Shown: one piece after another, positions 1-12,586 of the stretch
Position numbering within the stretch: the first letter of the stretch is position 1
How the letters are laid out: the number at the start of each line of letters is the position of its first letter
Source: Phaeosaccion multiseriatum
Lineage: Eukaryota; Protista; Ochrophyta, other classes
Length of the DNA stretch: 64,000 bases
Reading direction: 5' to 3'
Assembly (NCBI GenBank): GCA_965112735.1
Contig: OZ218951.1
Span: 5,332,001-5,396,000 of the forward strand
Notes under the pieces: model-generated
The model's database searches: none
The model's input: the letters and a program-made list of their open reading frames with translations, nothing else
What the model was told of the DNA's origin: nothing
Program-made: the position numbers and the translations under genes

Positions 1-20
1 CAATTCCCCTTCATCAAGGT

Positions 21-72
<52 letters not shown>

Positions 73-3000
73 ACGAAAGGGTGAACTCTCAAGGCCCTTC
101 TTACATGAAGCGAGATGAGTCCATCCGTCCGTCCGTCCGTCCGTCCGTCCTGTATTCCCGTTGGGCGTGTTGGCTCTTGGCCTTGTCGTGTCCCTCTGCT
201 GCCACCCTCTCGACACGCACGCACAAACTAGTCCCCTCGCCCACCCCCTCACCCACCCACTGCCTTACAACGATAGGTGAAGCACAATGTCCACTCAGTG
301 GATACTTCGGAGGCAGTGGTGAATGTGGAGGAGGGCAGCATTCGCTCGGCGATGCTGTGCGAGCGCCTTGTCATTGGACTCATCAGCGCCAAGAGGGCAG
401 TCAAGGAGGGAGAGAAGCCCCGACCTTGGGTGAGCGCAGCGCAGCGTAGAGCCTGCTTCTCTCTCTCTAAAACACACCATGTCTCTTGCTTTTCCCTCTC
501 TCTCTCTGTGTGTGTGTGTGTGTGTCAAACACACTCTATATCTCTCTCCCCCCCCTCTCTCTCTCACACACACACACACACTCACTCACTCACCCATCTC
601 GTGCGCGCTCTTTCTCGTTCCCTTTTGTCTGTCTGTCTCCCCCTCCTGCCCGTCCTCCTCCCCCCCTCTCCTCTCCTTGCTGCAGTCTGACTCAGAAAAG
701 ATTCTGATCGAAAAGATGGCCTCTTCCCTTGCTATAGCCGTCATGGTGGATCACAAGCACCAGATGGCCCAGGGGGTGCAAGTAGATCAGGTAATGTAAA
801 TCGATGGCGACGTTTTGCGTAGACATCGATTATTTCCAACACGTCCATGCCCACCCACCCACCCACCCACCCACCCTCCTACACACTCACCAACCCACCC
901 ACCCACGCACTCACCTACACATCCACCCACGCACCCACCCACGCATGCACGCACCCCCGTAGGTGCGGCAGCTGCTGGCAGAGATGCTGCATCAGGTGAA
1001 GAACCCCGTGACTGCTCTGCGCACGTTCGGCAAGCTGCTCCTCAGACGCCTCCCCAACACCGACTCCATCAATCGAGAGCTCGCCAAGGACATTATCATC
1101 CAGGTACGGTAACCGCGTAACCGAAAACGGTAACCATCGGCTGTCCATAGTCTTGTCGCCTTGCGTGCCGCACCTATGTGCATACCGTACCTATCTTCTC
1201 TACTTTCGGTTTACCGATCTACTTACGTATCTACTCACGTACCTACTTCCTGTCAACAGAGACTCGCCCGCCCAACCCCACCTCGCCACGGAAAACTGAG
1301 CTGAGGCTGCAACTGGACCTTGCAAACTCAAACTCAAACTCAAACTCAAACTGAAACCGAAAGTATGCCCTGCGCTCCCTCCCTGCCCCTCCCCGCACCC
1401 CCCCTCCCTCCACCAGAGTGACCGTCTTGTGGATCTGATTCTGCCGGTGGATGCCGTCATCGGGCAACTCGAGCAGCAGACAGCTCTTGCCCCCCTCCCG
1501 CCCTCCGCCTCGGCCTACGCCTACCCACCGGGGGCCGCCGCTTACCCCCCGGGGCAACAGCGGAGGCAGAAGGAGGGGGAGAGAGTAGCATTGCGGCGGC
1601 AGCAGAAGCAGCTGCGGAAAATGGAGGAGCAGGAGCTGCAGGAACTGCGCGAGCAGCAGCAAAGGATTCATCAGCAGCAGCAGCTGCTGCAGCAGCGCCA
1701 GCAGGAGGAGCAACGCGAAGTATACTGTGAGTCGCCTGGGTGGTTTGCGTGTATATGGGTGTGCGTCTGTGTATGTATGTATGTATGTATGTATGTATGT
1801 ATGTATGTATGTATGTATGTATGTATGTATGTATGTATGTATGTATGTCTGTATGTGTGTGTGTGTGTGTGTGTGTGGCCTATCTACACGTTCTTCCTCC
1901 TTCTACTCCTAAACCCTTTCATAAACCTCCGCCTACTGTTGCACCACTTTCCGTAGCGGCGAGTCAAGAGGGCAGCACATCGCAGCAGCAGCCCCGAGAG
2001 GGAGGGGAGGGTGGGGCAGGCCAGTACCCCAACCATCAGGCCACATCCACAGCCACAGCCGCAGAGGGTGCTGCCCCCCCAGGGTGGGTGCCAACGGGCC
2101 GGACAGGTCAACGGGGCAGAGGGGTGGACTTCAACTTCTCCGAGCAGCAAGCCCAGGTAGGCATATTGCCATTGCGATGACTCAACGGCATGCCTGATTG
2201 CGTTACTACCTTGCTTTACCTTAGGGCAGGCATTGCAATCCCTTGACAAGGCCAGGTAGTGCAGTTTCCCTTAGCGTGCGTGTGTTTGTGTGTGTGTGCG
2301 TGCGTGCGTGCGCGCCCCTGCAGGAGGATTTGTACGGAATGGTGCCACACGTGGCGCATCGCGCAGAGGCGGACGGCATGATAGTCAAGGGTACCAACGC
2401 GGAAACCCAAACTGGAGATGAGGCGCCAGGGGGAGGAGAGCAGTGCGAGGCATCAGCAGCGGCAGTGGCAAGGGCGGATGGGTCGGCGGAGGGCCCAAGA
2501 GGAGTGTCCTTTGGAAGGGGGGAGGAGGGGAAGGAGCGGGGGAGTGGAGCCGAGGGGGAGGAGCAGCTTGGAGTGGAGGTGGGGGACGCGTGGCAAGGAG
2601 GAGGGCCTGTGGGAGGGGGGCATGGCGACCAGGGAGTAGGGGAGGAGGAGGAGGAGGATGAGGATGAGGATGAGGATGAGGAGGAGGGGGAAGGAAGGGT
2701 GGCTTATGACGACTATGACGATGTTGGCGATGCTTTTGAAGGAGTAGGAGGAGCGGAGAACGGCTGGGCGCGCGACCAAGAGCAGTACCAGATTGAGATG
2801 AAGGCGGTGCCTGCAGAGGCAAGAGATATGATCTTCCTGGAGGACACGCTCCAGCCTGTGTTGCATGCGGCAGATGCAATGGCTCAATCCATGTAAGAGA
2901 GGGGGGGTGGTTGTGGATGGGGCGGTGGAGGAGGGAGGAGGAGGGACAGGAGGGACAGGAGGGCGGAGGAGGAGGAGGAGGAGGAGGAGGAGGAGGAGGA

Positions 3001-4583
3001 GGAGGAGGAGGAGGAGGAGGAGGAGGAGGAGGAGGAGCAGGAGGAGGAGGAGGAGGAGGAGGAGGAGGAGGAGGAGGAGGAGGAGGAGGAGGAGGAGGAG
3101 GAGGAGGAGGAGGAGGAGGAGGAGGAGGAGGAGGAGCAGGAGGAGGAGGAGGAGGAGGAGGAGGAGGAGGGGTGCAGGGGGGCTGTTACAGAGCGGTGCA
3201 AGTGCTAGTGCTGGTGCTCTCCTCATCATTTGGCCGTTGTGGTACAAGCCTTTTCAAATCCCCTTTGTCTGCCTCATAACTTGTGTTGGTATTGTGTCCC
3301 CTCACGGCATGCTTCCTTCCCTCCCCTCCCTCCCGGTCTGGGGCCCGTTGCTCCATACTCCCCTCTCTCTCCTCCCTCTCCTCTCCTCTCCGTCTCCTCA
3401 CTGCCTGTGTCTCCTCTCCCTTCCCTCCTGTCGTCACTGAATGCCGCGGTCGTCGGAAGGGGGGTGACGTTTCACCACAAGGTAGAGGTGGATCTGCCCG
3501 GGCTGTTGGCCGATGAGCGAGGCATTCAGGTGTGTGTGTGTGTGTGTGCGTGTGTGTGCGTGTGTGTGCGTGTGTGTAGGTGTGTGTGCGTGTGAGTGTG
3601 TGTGTGAGTAAGTGTGTGTGAGTGTGTGTGTGTGTTAGTAAGTGTGTGTGTGCGTGTGTGTGCGTGTGAGTGTGTGTGTGAGTAAGTGTGTGTGAGTGTG
3701 TGTGTGTGTTAGTAAGTGTGTGTGTGCGTGTGTGTGCGTGTGTCTATGTGAGTGAGTAAGTGTGTGTGTGCGTGCGTGTGAGTGTGCGTGTGCGCGCGTT
3801 TGATGTGCGTGTGCGTGTGTGTGTGTGAGTGTCAGAGTGCGTGTGCGTGTGCGTGCCGACTTCCTAAGCGCCCCTCCTTTTCTCAAGACTCGCGTTCCAA
3901 AAGAACAAATAGCCCTCGATGTTTAATGCTTGAGGTGGCCTGGCCTGGGCCTTGCCCTCGATACACACTTGCCGTGGCCTTGACACATACTTACCCATAC
4001 TTACCTACTCACCCCCCATACGCCTCTACCTGCCTCTCCCCCACGCACACTCACGCACTCGCAGGAGGCACTGAGCAACATCATCGACAACGCGCTCAAG
4101 TACGTGGTCATCGGAGGGCCCATGGTGGACCACAACCCCAGCCACAGAGACCGAAGGGGCTCGTCCCCCGGGGGGCAGGAGCAAGAGAGGCGACCCATGG
4201 TGGTGCTGCGGGCGAGGGAGATGCTTCCGGAGGAGGGGGAGCGCTCGCAGGGGGGGCGCGGTGAGTGAGTGGGGCGGGTGGAGGGGGAGAGGGGCGAGTG
4301 GAGGGGGAGAGGGGCGAGGGAGAGAGGGGCGAGGAGGAGAGGGGCGAGTGGAGGGGGAGAGGGGCGAGTGGAGGGGGAGAGGGGCGAGGGAGAGAGGGGC
4401 GAGGGGGAGAGGGGCGAGGGGGAGGGGCACTGGAGAGGGGGGGTGGGCGGGTGGGGAGGAGCCGGAGAGGGGTGTGTGTGGAGGGGGCGCGGGCGCTGGG
4501 CTGTGCGGGCCCTGGGTTGGGGAAGGAGGAGCGTGTGAAGTACGTTTACGGTGTAGCCTACCTCTCCACTGACGCTTCGATCT

Positions 4584-4628
<45 letters not shown>

Positions 4629-5236
4629 TGTCTTCTCCATTCCTTCCTCTCTCCCTCTCTCTTTCTGTCTGCCCCTTCCCTCCCTCCCTCCCTCCTCCCC
4701 CTCTTCTCCCTCTCTCTTCCCTCTACCCCACCCCCCCACCCCCCCCTTGCGAACGAAACGCCATGCTGCCTACCGCAGGGCTCGTGATTGATGTGTGCGA
4801 CAACGGGCCGGGAGTACCACAAGAGGACTTGCCCCACTTGTTCGAGAGAGGGTACCGAGGCAGGGTGCCCAAGGAGGCGAAGACACCAGGTACTTCGTAG
4901 CATGCATGTACTCAGTGCGCTCCCTACTGGGCCGTTCCAGCCTCTCCTTACCTCTCTCTCCTCCTCTCCATCTCGCCCCCCCCCTCTCTCTCTCCCTCCT
5001 CTCTCCTCTTGCGCTCAACGTCCCGGATGGGCCTTTGCCTCTCCTTCCTCCACCGTCCTCCCCCCCCCCCCCCGCGAGCAGGCACAGGCCTCGGTCTGGG
5101 CATCGCCCGCAATCTTCTTCGCAGCATGGGAGGAGATGTAACCATCCGAAACGCCGATGCCGACCGATGGGGAACCTGTGTGTCCCTGCTGCTCCCCAGG
5201 GGAAGGAGGAGAGGCAGCGAGGGCGGCGGCCAGTGA
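1..5236 (+). CDS. CSK: Chloroplast sensor kinase (cyanobacterial Hik2-type GAF-DHp-HATPase histidine kinase), 5'-truncated, multi-exon
   Basis: Approximate GT-AG exons: 1-18, 277-429, 686-790, 963-1103, 1417-1727, 1957-2156, 2324-2892, 3460-3529, 4065-4260, 4779-4889, 5082-5236. They give the GAF end (…LVIGLISAKR…PRPW|SDSEKILIEKMASSLAIA), H-box LHQVKNPVTALRTFGKLLLRRL (Hik2/CSK signature), N-box EALSNIIDNALKY, G1/F boxes DNGPGVPQEDLPHLFERGYRG and G2 box GTGLGLGIAR. Confidence 0.88.
1201..1365. mobile_element. MITE-like intronic element with perfect 12-bp inverted termini
   Basis: tactttcggttt (1201-1212) and aaaccgaaagta (1354-1365) are exact reverse complements, both bounded by TA; internal (AAACTC)n run. 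Confidence 0.4.
2960..3170 (+). repeat. (GAG)n microsatellite in a CSK intron
   Basis: Near-perfect trinucleotide run. Confidence 0.95.
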
Positions 5237-6260
5237 TTGGCCGCAGCTTCTCTTCCGTCCCGTCCCCCCGTGGAGGTCGGCTCCATGCCAGGATAGAGGA
5301 GGGAGGAGTCTCCTCTCGGTGTAGGGAGAACGGGTTTTTAGTTGTATTGGTCGACGGCCTTTGTACGAGCGAAGAAGCAGGAGGGGAGTGAAGGGAGGGG
5401 GTGATCATCTCCAAAGTTATATTTGTATTTATTTTGATCCACGCATTATTATTACACCCCTGACGAGTCCTTGCTCTCCATGTACCATCAAATGGTTGAT
5501 GTGAGGTTGTTGAGCGACAACTGAACATCACAATGGCGTCCTGGTACACAGTCACACAGCACCCCCCGTTACGTTAATCTCAGCAAAGGCGTACGATGGT
5601 GGTGCAGAACGAGTTGCTGTTAGATCTCCTGACTGGGGTACACCCAGAAAAGCCGTTACCGGAAGCGCGTTTAACATTCTGTAACTGCCAGAGGGGTTTT
5701 GGGGGGCGCGTCCCGCCAAAGGGCAAAAAGGCGGAAAGCAGCAGACCATATCAACTTTAAAGTCATGGCGAATGTAGTGCCGTTGTGTGCGGAGTGAGAG
5801 GGCAATGGGACTCTCTGCTTAGGGTGTAGTACGTCAGAGCTTCTTCACAGGCAGGGAATCAATCAATCCAGGCGCAGTAGCTGCCTAAGTAAAGCCCAGA
5901 AGCAAGTGAGAAGGAAGCGGACGGAAGCGGCGCGACTCCGGGGCTCATCAATGCATTTCATCGGGGCACGATCAGCCTATTCTTTATGGCCATCTGAGTG
6001 TGCAGGCTTGTCTACGATGGTCTCTGTGGTGTGACGGACCTTCGTCGATGCGCAAACTCGAACCCAGCAGACAGGGAGAGGCAGGAGTGCGGGGCGTCAA
6101 AGCCAGTAGCTTGAAGTCACGCCGGTAGAGAAGAGGGAAGGAAATCACCATTGACAGCGCAGCCGGGAGAGTGTGTGTGTGAGTGAATGAGTGAGTGAGT
6201 GTGCTGACTGATTGCTCGACACCGTCCTCCTCTCTGGGGGAGAAAGCACCGTCCTCCTTG

Positions 6261-8876
6261 ATGTCTCCGCCCCCATCGCGGAGAGCGGTACCCGCGGCAA
6301 AGCTCAGCAAGGCAACTGCCAAGGCGCTGCAGGACAAGCACTATGATGAAATGATCAAAGAGTACAGAGCGGTGTTTGCTTCGATGGACCTCAGTGCCTC
6401 GCAGCTTCGCAAGATGTGGAAGGTTCGTTCATTGCATAATGAAGTGCTTTCGAAGCCTGCATGTTGGCTTGTGATGTAAAACCGACTTCTTCTTTCCACC
6501 CATACCTGGCGCACCCCTTTTGACCTTCGTTGTTCTCCCCAACTCTTCCTCCGTCACGTATACTCTCTAATCATACGCTGCCTTCCCAGCCCTTCGATCC
6601 CTTCCCTTTCCCTCCTTCCTTTGCTCTCTCTTCTCTCTAAACCCACCCACGCGCTGCACTTGCCACCCTTCCCATTCATTCACTCACTCACTCACATAGT
6701 CACTCACTCACATAGTCACTCACTCACATACTCACTCACTCACTCACCCACTCACTCGCTCACTCATTCACTCATTCACTTACTCACTCACGCACGCATG
6801 CACTCACTCACTCACTCACTCACTCGCTCACTCACTCACTCACTCACTCACGCACGCAGCTCACTCACTCACTCACTCACTCACTCACTCACTCACTCAC
6901 TCACTCACTCACTCACTCACTCACTCACTCACAGGTCTTCGTGGCAATGGACCGTGACGGCAGCGCAAGAATCGACATGGGAGAGCTCCTGACGCATTTA
7001 GACCTCGAGAAAACCTCCTACACAAAGAGGTGGGTGGGGAGATTCGAGAGAGCATATACTCTCTTTGTGTCTTCCTCATCTTCTCTCTTTCTCTCGCCAT
7101 TAGCCTCTCCTCTCTCACTCCTGCCCCTCTCTCCTCTCTTCTCCCCCCCCTCTCTCTCTCCTTTCCCCTCCTTTTCTTCCTCTCTCTCACTCTCTTGTGT
7201 GTGTGTGTTGTGTGTGTGTGTGTGTTTGCGTCCAATAACAAACAGACTCTTCTCCATTTTCGACTGCGACGGGTCTGGACATGTCGACTTCGGAGAATTT
7301 GTCGTAACGGCCTGGAACTATTGTACACTCGACAAAGAGAGCTTAGCGGGCTTCGCCTTCGACTTGTACGATCAGGACCACAGCGGCTGCCTAGGGAGGA
7401 AGGAGGTGAGAGGGGGGGGGAGAGGAGAGGACGGTCGGTGGAGGGAGAGTGGGGGAGGGAGGGAGGGAGGGAGGGAGGGAGGGAGGGAGGGAGGGAGGGA
7501 GGGAGGGAGGGAGGGAGGGAGGGAGGGAGGGAGGGAGGGAGGGAGGGGGGGAAAGAGGGAGGGAGGGAAGGGAGTGAAAGAGGAGGTGAACAAGTTGCAA
7601 TATGCCAGAGTGTGTTTTTTCGCTCGGCCTGACAATCCACTTTCCCCCCTCCCTCGCTTCCATAACCCCACCACCACTACCCCTCGCTTCCACACCTTCT
7701 CGCCGCCATGCGTGTGCATGCGTGCCTGTGTTGTACGTGTGTGTGTGCGTGTGTATGGTGTGCGTGTGTGTGTGTGCGTGTGTGTACGTGTGTGTACATG
7801 TGTGTGCGTGTGCGTGTGTGTGTGCGTGTACGTACGTGTGTGTGTGCGTGTGTATGGTGTGCGTGTGTGTGTGTGTGCGTGTGTGTACGTGTGTGTACGT
7901 GTGTGTGCGTGTGCGTGTGTGTGTGCGTGTACGTACGTGTGTGTGTGCGTGTGTGTGTGTGCGTGCGTGTGTGCGTGTGTGTGTGCGTGTGTGTGTGCGT
8001 GTGTGTGTGCGCGCGCGTGTGTGTGTGGCCCCATCCCGTCCTGCTCTCCCCCTCCTCTTCATGCTCTGTGCAGGTGGAGGGCATGATGAAGGAGGTATTC
8101 GGAGGGGACGTGAAGAGGGCTCAAGCGGCGGAGGTGCGTGCGTGCGTGCGTGAGTGCGCACACACCACTGCGCTTGCCTTGGTGCTTCACAATTTGCGTT
8201 TGTCAACTTCCTTCTCAGTTGACGGGCCTGCGGCGGATGGACTGAAACTGAAAGTAGTCTGGGGCGGGCTTTGCAGGGCGGGCTCCTTCGCAGAGCCCTA
8301 CTATTAAGTGCTTGTATGATATTTGTCTAGTTTTGTTGTGTGCGTCGTGCGGCGGTTTTGACCGGCCGTGCTGTTTGCGGGGTTCCATTTGTTCGCTCGC
8401 GCAGGAGATGCTGGAGGAGGTGCGTTTGGGGAGAGAGATGGGCACTCAGCGACAGGCCTTCGAGAAGCAGAGGCTGGCGGGCATCAACTCCACCTCGGCC
8501 CCCTTCTCTACTGCCTCCAGGTATCGCTGAGTAAGGAGTAAGGGAGCCGACTGTACCGAAGAACTGAAACTGAAACTTGCCCCAAAGCAGACACAGCTTA
8601 CCATGCACCCCCTTCTCCCCCTCCTCCCCCTCCTCCCCTTCCATCCTTCCTCCTCAACCCTCTCTCCCCTTCCTTGCCTTTGCCTTTCACTCTGCCTCCC
8701 CTTCTCCTTCCCTCCCCTCGCCCTCCTCATGACAGAGGCCTCAGTGTAGAGACGTTTAAAGAGTTTTGTAAGCGGAATCGTTCTGTGGTGTGGCCCGTGT
8801 TCGCGCTGCAACGGTGCCTACAGGAGGGCATCGTGGGCAAGGTGTTTTGGGATGTGAGTGCGTGCGCGCGTTTTGT

Positions 8877-8948
<72 letters not shown>

Positions 8949-11464
8949 GGAAGAGGCAGAAGGGGGGGGGGGGGGGAGAGGGAAGAGGGAGGGGCAGGGT
9001 GGGAGGCGCGAAGCGACAGCGAGCAGAACAGTGAGCAGAACAGAGAGCAGAACCACACGCGCGATACCCCATTGAGCTCAGCCTCACCCGCCCTCATTCA
9101 AGCCAGTGTTCAGTTTGCAGGTTATGCGACCTTATCAGTATCGAACACCATAAATGGAGTCGATATCGATATCGAAGCTTCTCCTTCAAGCCCCTCTGTA
9201 CGTGTACTCTACCCTTCTCAGAAACTGAAACTGTGTATTGTACTCTCTGTCTCTCTCTCTTGTTTGGCGTTGCAGGTGTGTGCGCGGGACCGGGCGATAG
9301 CTGTGGCGAAGGATGACGCGCACGCACACACCCCGGCGTACAGTGTCGTTGAGGAAAAGATTCGAGTACTGAGGGTGGGTCGGTTGTTGTCGGTCTGCAT
9401 ATAAGCCTGTCTGGTATGGGTGCGTGCCTACTTTGTTTTCGCTGACTTAGGTGTGTGGCAGGGGGGCAAGAGCGATACGCACGAGAGGTTGCGATGAATG
9501 TCTCGGCTCTGCTTTACATACCTTGCTGCGCTTTTCTTGTCTCTGAAATTGCATTGTACTAGTATAACAAACGACCTGGTGCTGTGCTTGTTTCCGTTTC
9601 TGGATGGGCCTGTAACGATAATGTGGTGTCGTACAAGCAGGCGGCGCTCGTGGAGGCACAAGCCGCTCAGCATGAGGTTTCCGCCACGAGAGACAGGCAC
9701 AACAAGAGCAATTTTGTCGTCAAGACCATCGCACTGGCCAGTGTGCAGCACAAGCATAGGAAGTGAGTGAGTGAGTGAGTGAGTGAGTGAGTGAGTGAGT
9801 GAGTGAGTGAGTGAGTGAGTGAGTGAGTGAGTGAGTGAGTGAGTGAGTGAGTGAGTGAGTGAGTGAGTGAGTGAGTGAGTGAGTGCGTGCACGCCTGCAT
9901 GAGTGAGCTGCGTGCGTGAGTGAGTGGGTGGGTGAGTGAGTGAGTGAGTGAGTGAGTGAGTACGTGCGTGCGTGCGTGCGTGAGTGAGTGAGTGAGTGAG
10001 TGAGTGAGTGAGTGCGTGAGTGAGTGAGTGAGTGAGTGAGTGAGTGAGTGAGTGAGTGAGTGAGTGAGTGAGTGAGTGAGTGAGTGAGTGAGTGAGTGAG
10101 TGAGTGAGTGAGTGAGTGAGTGAGTGAGTGAGTGAGTGAGTGAGTGAGTGAGTGAGTGAGTGAGTGAGTGAGTGAGTGAGTGAGTGAGTGAGTGAGTGAG
10201 TGAGTGAGTGAGTGAGTGAGTGAGTGAGTGAGTGAGTGAGTGAGTGAGTGAGTGAGTGAGTGAGTGAGTACTGAAAAATGCAGGCGTATGGAGAGGGTGT
10301 TCAGGGTGGAGGTAGGGGGTGGGATGGTTGTTGATGGTCATCAAGGATGGTTGCTGATGGTCATCAAGGCCATCATATCCGCCAGGGCGTAGCGCATGCA
10401 CAGGAAGCAGGGAATTGAGTGAGTAGTGAGTAATGATAAAACAACGCGGGCGTACGGGGAGGTGGGGAATGCAATGGCAGTCGATGGTCGTCAGGGCAAT
10501 CGTACTTGCCCGGCAACATGCAGAACACAACACGCATTAAACGCACAAAATGAGTAGGGAGAAGGCGAGAGCACCTTCACTCACTCACAGCGCGCTTTGC
10601 TTGGCCCCCTCTCTCTCTCTCCTCCCCCCCCCCCACACACGTCTCTCCCTCCCCTCTTGCCTGCCTTCGTTTGCACTTTGCCGCTTGCCTGACTGCCTTC
10701 GAAGCGTAATGCCCCTTGCGGAGGCCGAGCGAGAGCTGGAGGCATACATATCACACACATCCCAGTTCGGAAGCCCTCTGCGCTACGTCACGGGCCCCGC
10801 CGGGGACAGGAAGAAGGCGGGAGGCCTACCGCGCCTACGGGATGCGTCGGAGGTCTCTCAAGCCCCCCCTGGGCTGTGCTCTTCGTCGTCGTTCCGCGTC
10901 TTTTATTCGGGTGCTGGATCGCCAACGGATGGGCAACGAGGAGGAGGAGGAGGAGGAGGAGGAGGAGGAGGAGGAGGAGGAGGAGGAGGAGGAGGAGGAG
11001 GAGGGGACACGCTATTCACGGATCACAAGCAGCTGCACACGAGACTCGAGGCAGTGAAGCGGAGGAGGCGGCAGGAGGCGCTGGTGCGGCGAGCACAAGG
11101 CAGGAAGCGAAAAGATGATGAGAAGGACCTTGTTTCTGCGCTGGTCGAAGCGAATGGGCTCTTTCGGGGGCCGGTGGAGCATAGGCGCGCGCACCATGGA
11201 GGGGGGGGACATCATCAGCTTTCGGTGATACAGCGGCATCAGCAGGGGCAGCGCCAGCATGAGCGCCAGCGGCAGCAGAAGCAGAAGCAGAAGGAGGTGC
11301 GTAAGGCAGAGTCTGGTGGAAAGGATGGAAAGCTGACTTCGTCCTCTATGCTGGGCATGTTCTCGGAGTTTGTTCCCGCCATTGCTCCTCCCCCCCCGGC
11401 CCCGCGGACGAAGCTTGCCAGTGGCAGGAGAGGTGCTCAGCCAGTAATCGCGAGAGAGACATAA
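6261..11464 (+). CDS. EF-hand calcium-binding protein (calcineurin-B/NCS-like core) with long low-complexity C-terminus; start codon uncertain
   Basis: Spliced exons give three EF loops: [36 protein letters not shown]. Further exons at ~8074-8133, 8406-8520, 8737-8853, 9276-9373, ~9637-9762. The final exon 10705-11464 joins in frame (…KHRN|VMPLAEAE…). Confidence 0.75.
9763..10268 (+). repeat. (TGAG)n tetranucleotide array, intronic
   Basis: About 500 bp array starting at the GTGAGT splice donor. Confidence 0.95.
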
Positions 11465-12114
11465 AAGAAGAGGTTGGATGATGAAGAAGTGTTGAATTGT
11501 ATCCCACGCCGAACCACGGAACATAGTTGAGCGGTGACATGCTCAGAAGGAGGAACGCAGCGATTCGGGAGGGTCGACCCGGAGATGCCTCGTACGACTC
11601 GTACCAGCACAAAACTCATACTCTTGCGCGCATTTGTCGCGTCAGAGGCCGGCTCGAGAGCTCGAGAGAAAGTGTGGCCGCTCTCACTCGTCTTCTCACT
11701 CGCTCCATCGTGCGTAGCTCGAGGCTCCGTATCCTTCCTTGCTTGTTCATGTGTTCTCACGCACCGTCTCCTTCGGATAAGTTTGAGTTTGTTCCCCCGG
11801 TGGGGGAAGTTGTGTATCCACGAGAGCGAGCACCGCACCTGTACCCCCCCCCCCCCTATCCCATAGGGCCTTTCCCATAGGGGACACTACACTGCACCCC
11901 CTCTACGCTGGCATTGTCTCCTTGGTGCTCAGCTTGGGGACTGCGAGAGACCAAGTATGAATTCATACATATATTGTGTATTATGAATAATGATCGTAGC
12001 CATTATATAAATCAAACAAGTTTCAAGTTTCAATACATGCTCGGCTGCTGCCCCCTCCTGGCATCCAACAGATACCCCTAAAGTAACGACGCGCTCAAAC
12101 CAGAGATACACACG

Positions 12115-12173
<59 letters not shown>

Positions 12174-12586
12174 ATATATATATACCTCCAAGAGACGCTT
12201 CCCTTCAGTCGCTCCCATCCCTCGCTCCCTCCCTCCCTCCCTTCCTCCCATTCTACCACACACAGCCAGCCTCCTTCACCTCAGTCGCAACGATACACAA
12301 CAGAAAGCTCCCTGCAACACTAAACATTGCCCCCAGCAAAAAACAAAAACAAATCAAACCAAACAACTCCGCCTCCCCTCCTTGGCGATGCCAACAAGCA
12401 TTAATCCTTGGAGGCAGGGCTGTGAGAGAGGGGAGGACAGCTGACACCTCATTCCCCATGCCCGACACCTGACACCTGACACTTGCAGCCTGACACCTGG
12501 CACCTGACACCCGATGCTCGTGCTCCTCGCTCTGGGTCCGTGCTGACTTTGACTTGATTTTGGCTTGCGGTTCGCCGTCATTCGAT

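Noticed and set aside
5400-5760. Repeat-free intergenic stretch as possible ncRNA
   Set aside because: No recognisable snRNA or snoRNA motifs; consistent with the CSK 3' UTR or a promoter.
7372-8307. Numerous ORFs of (CV)n, (HT)n, (SLTH)n, (EGGR)n type here and across the window
   Set aside because: Translations of intronic microsatellites.
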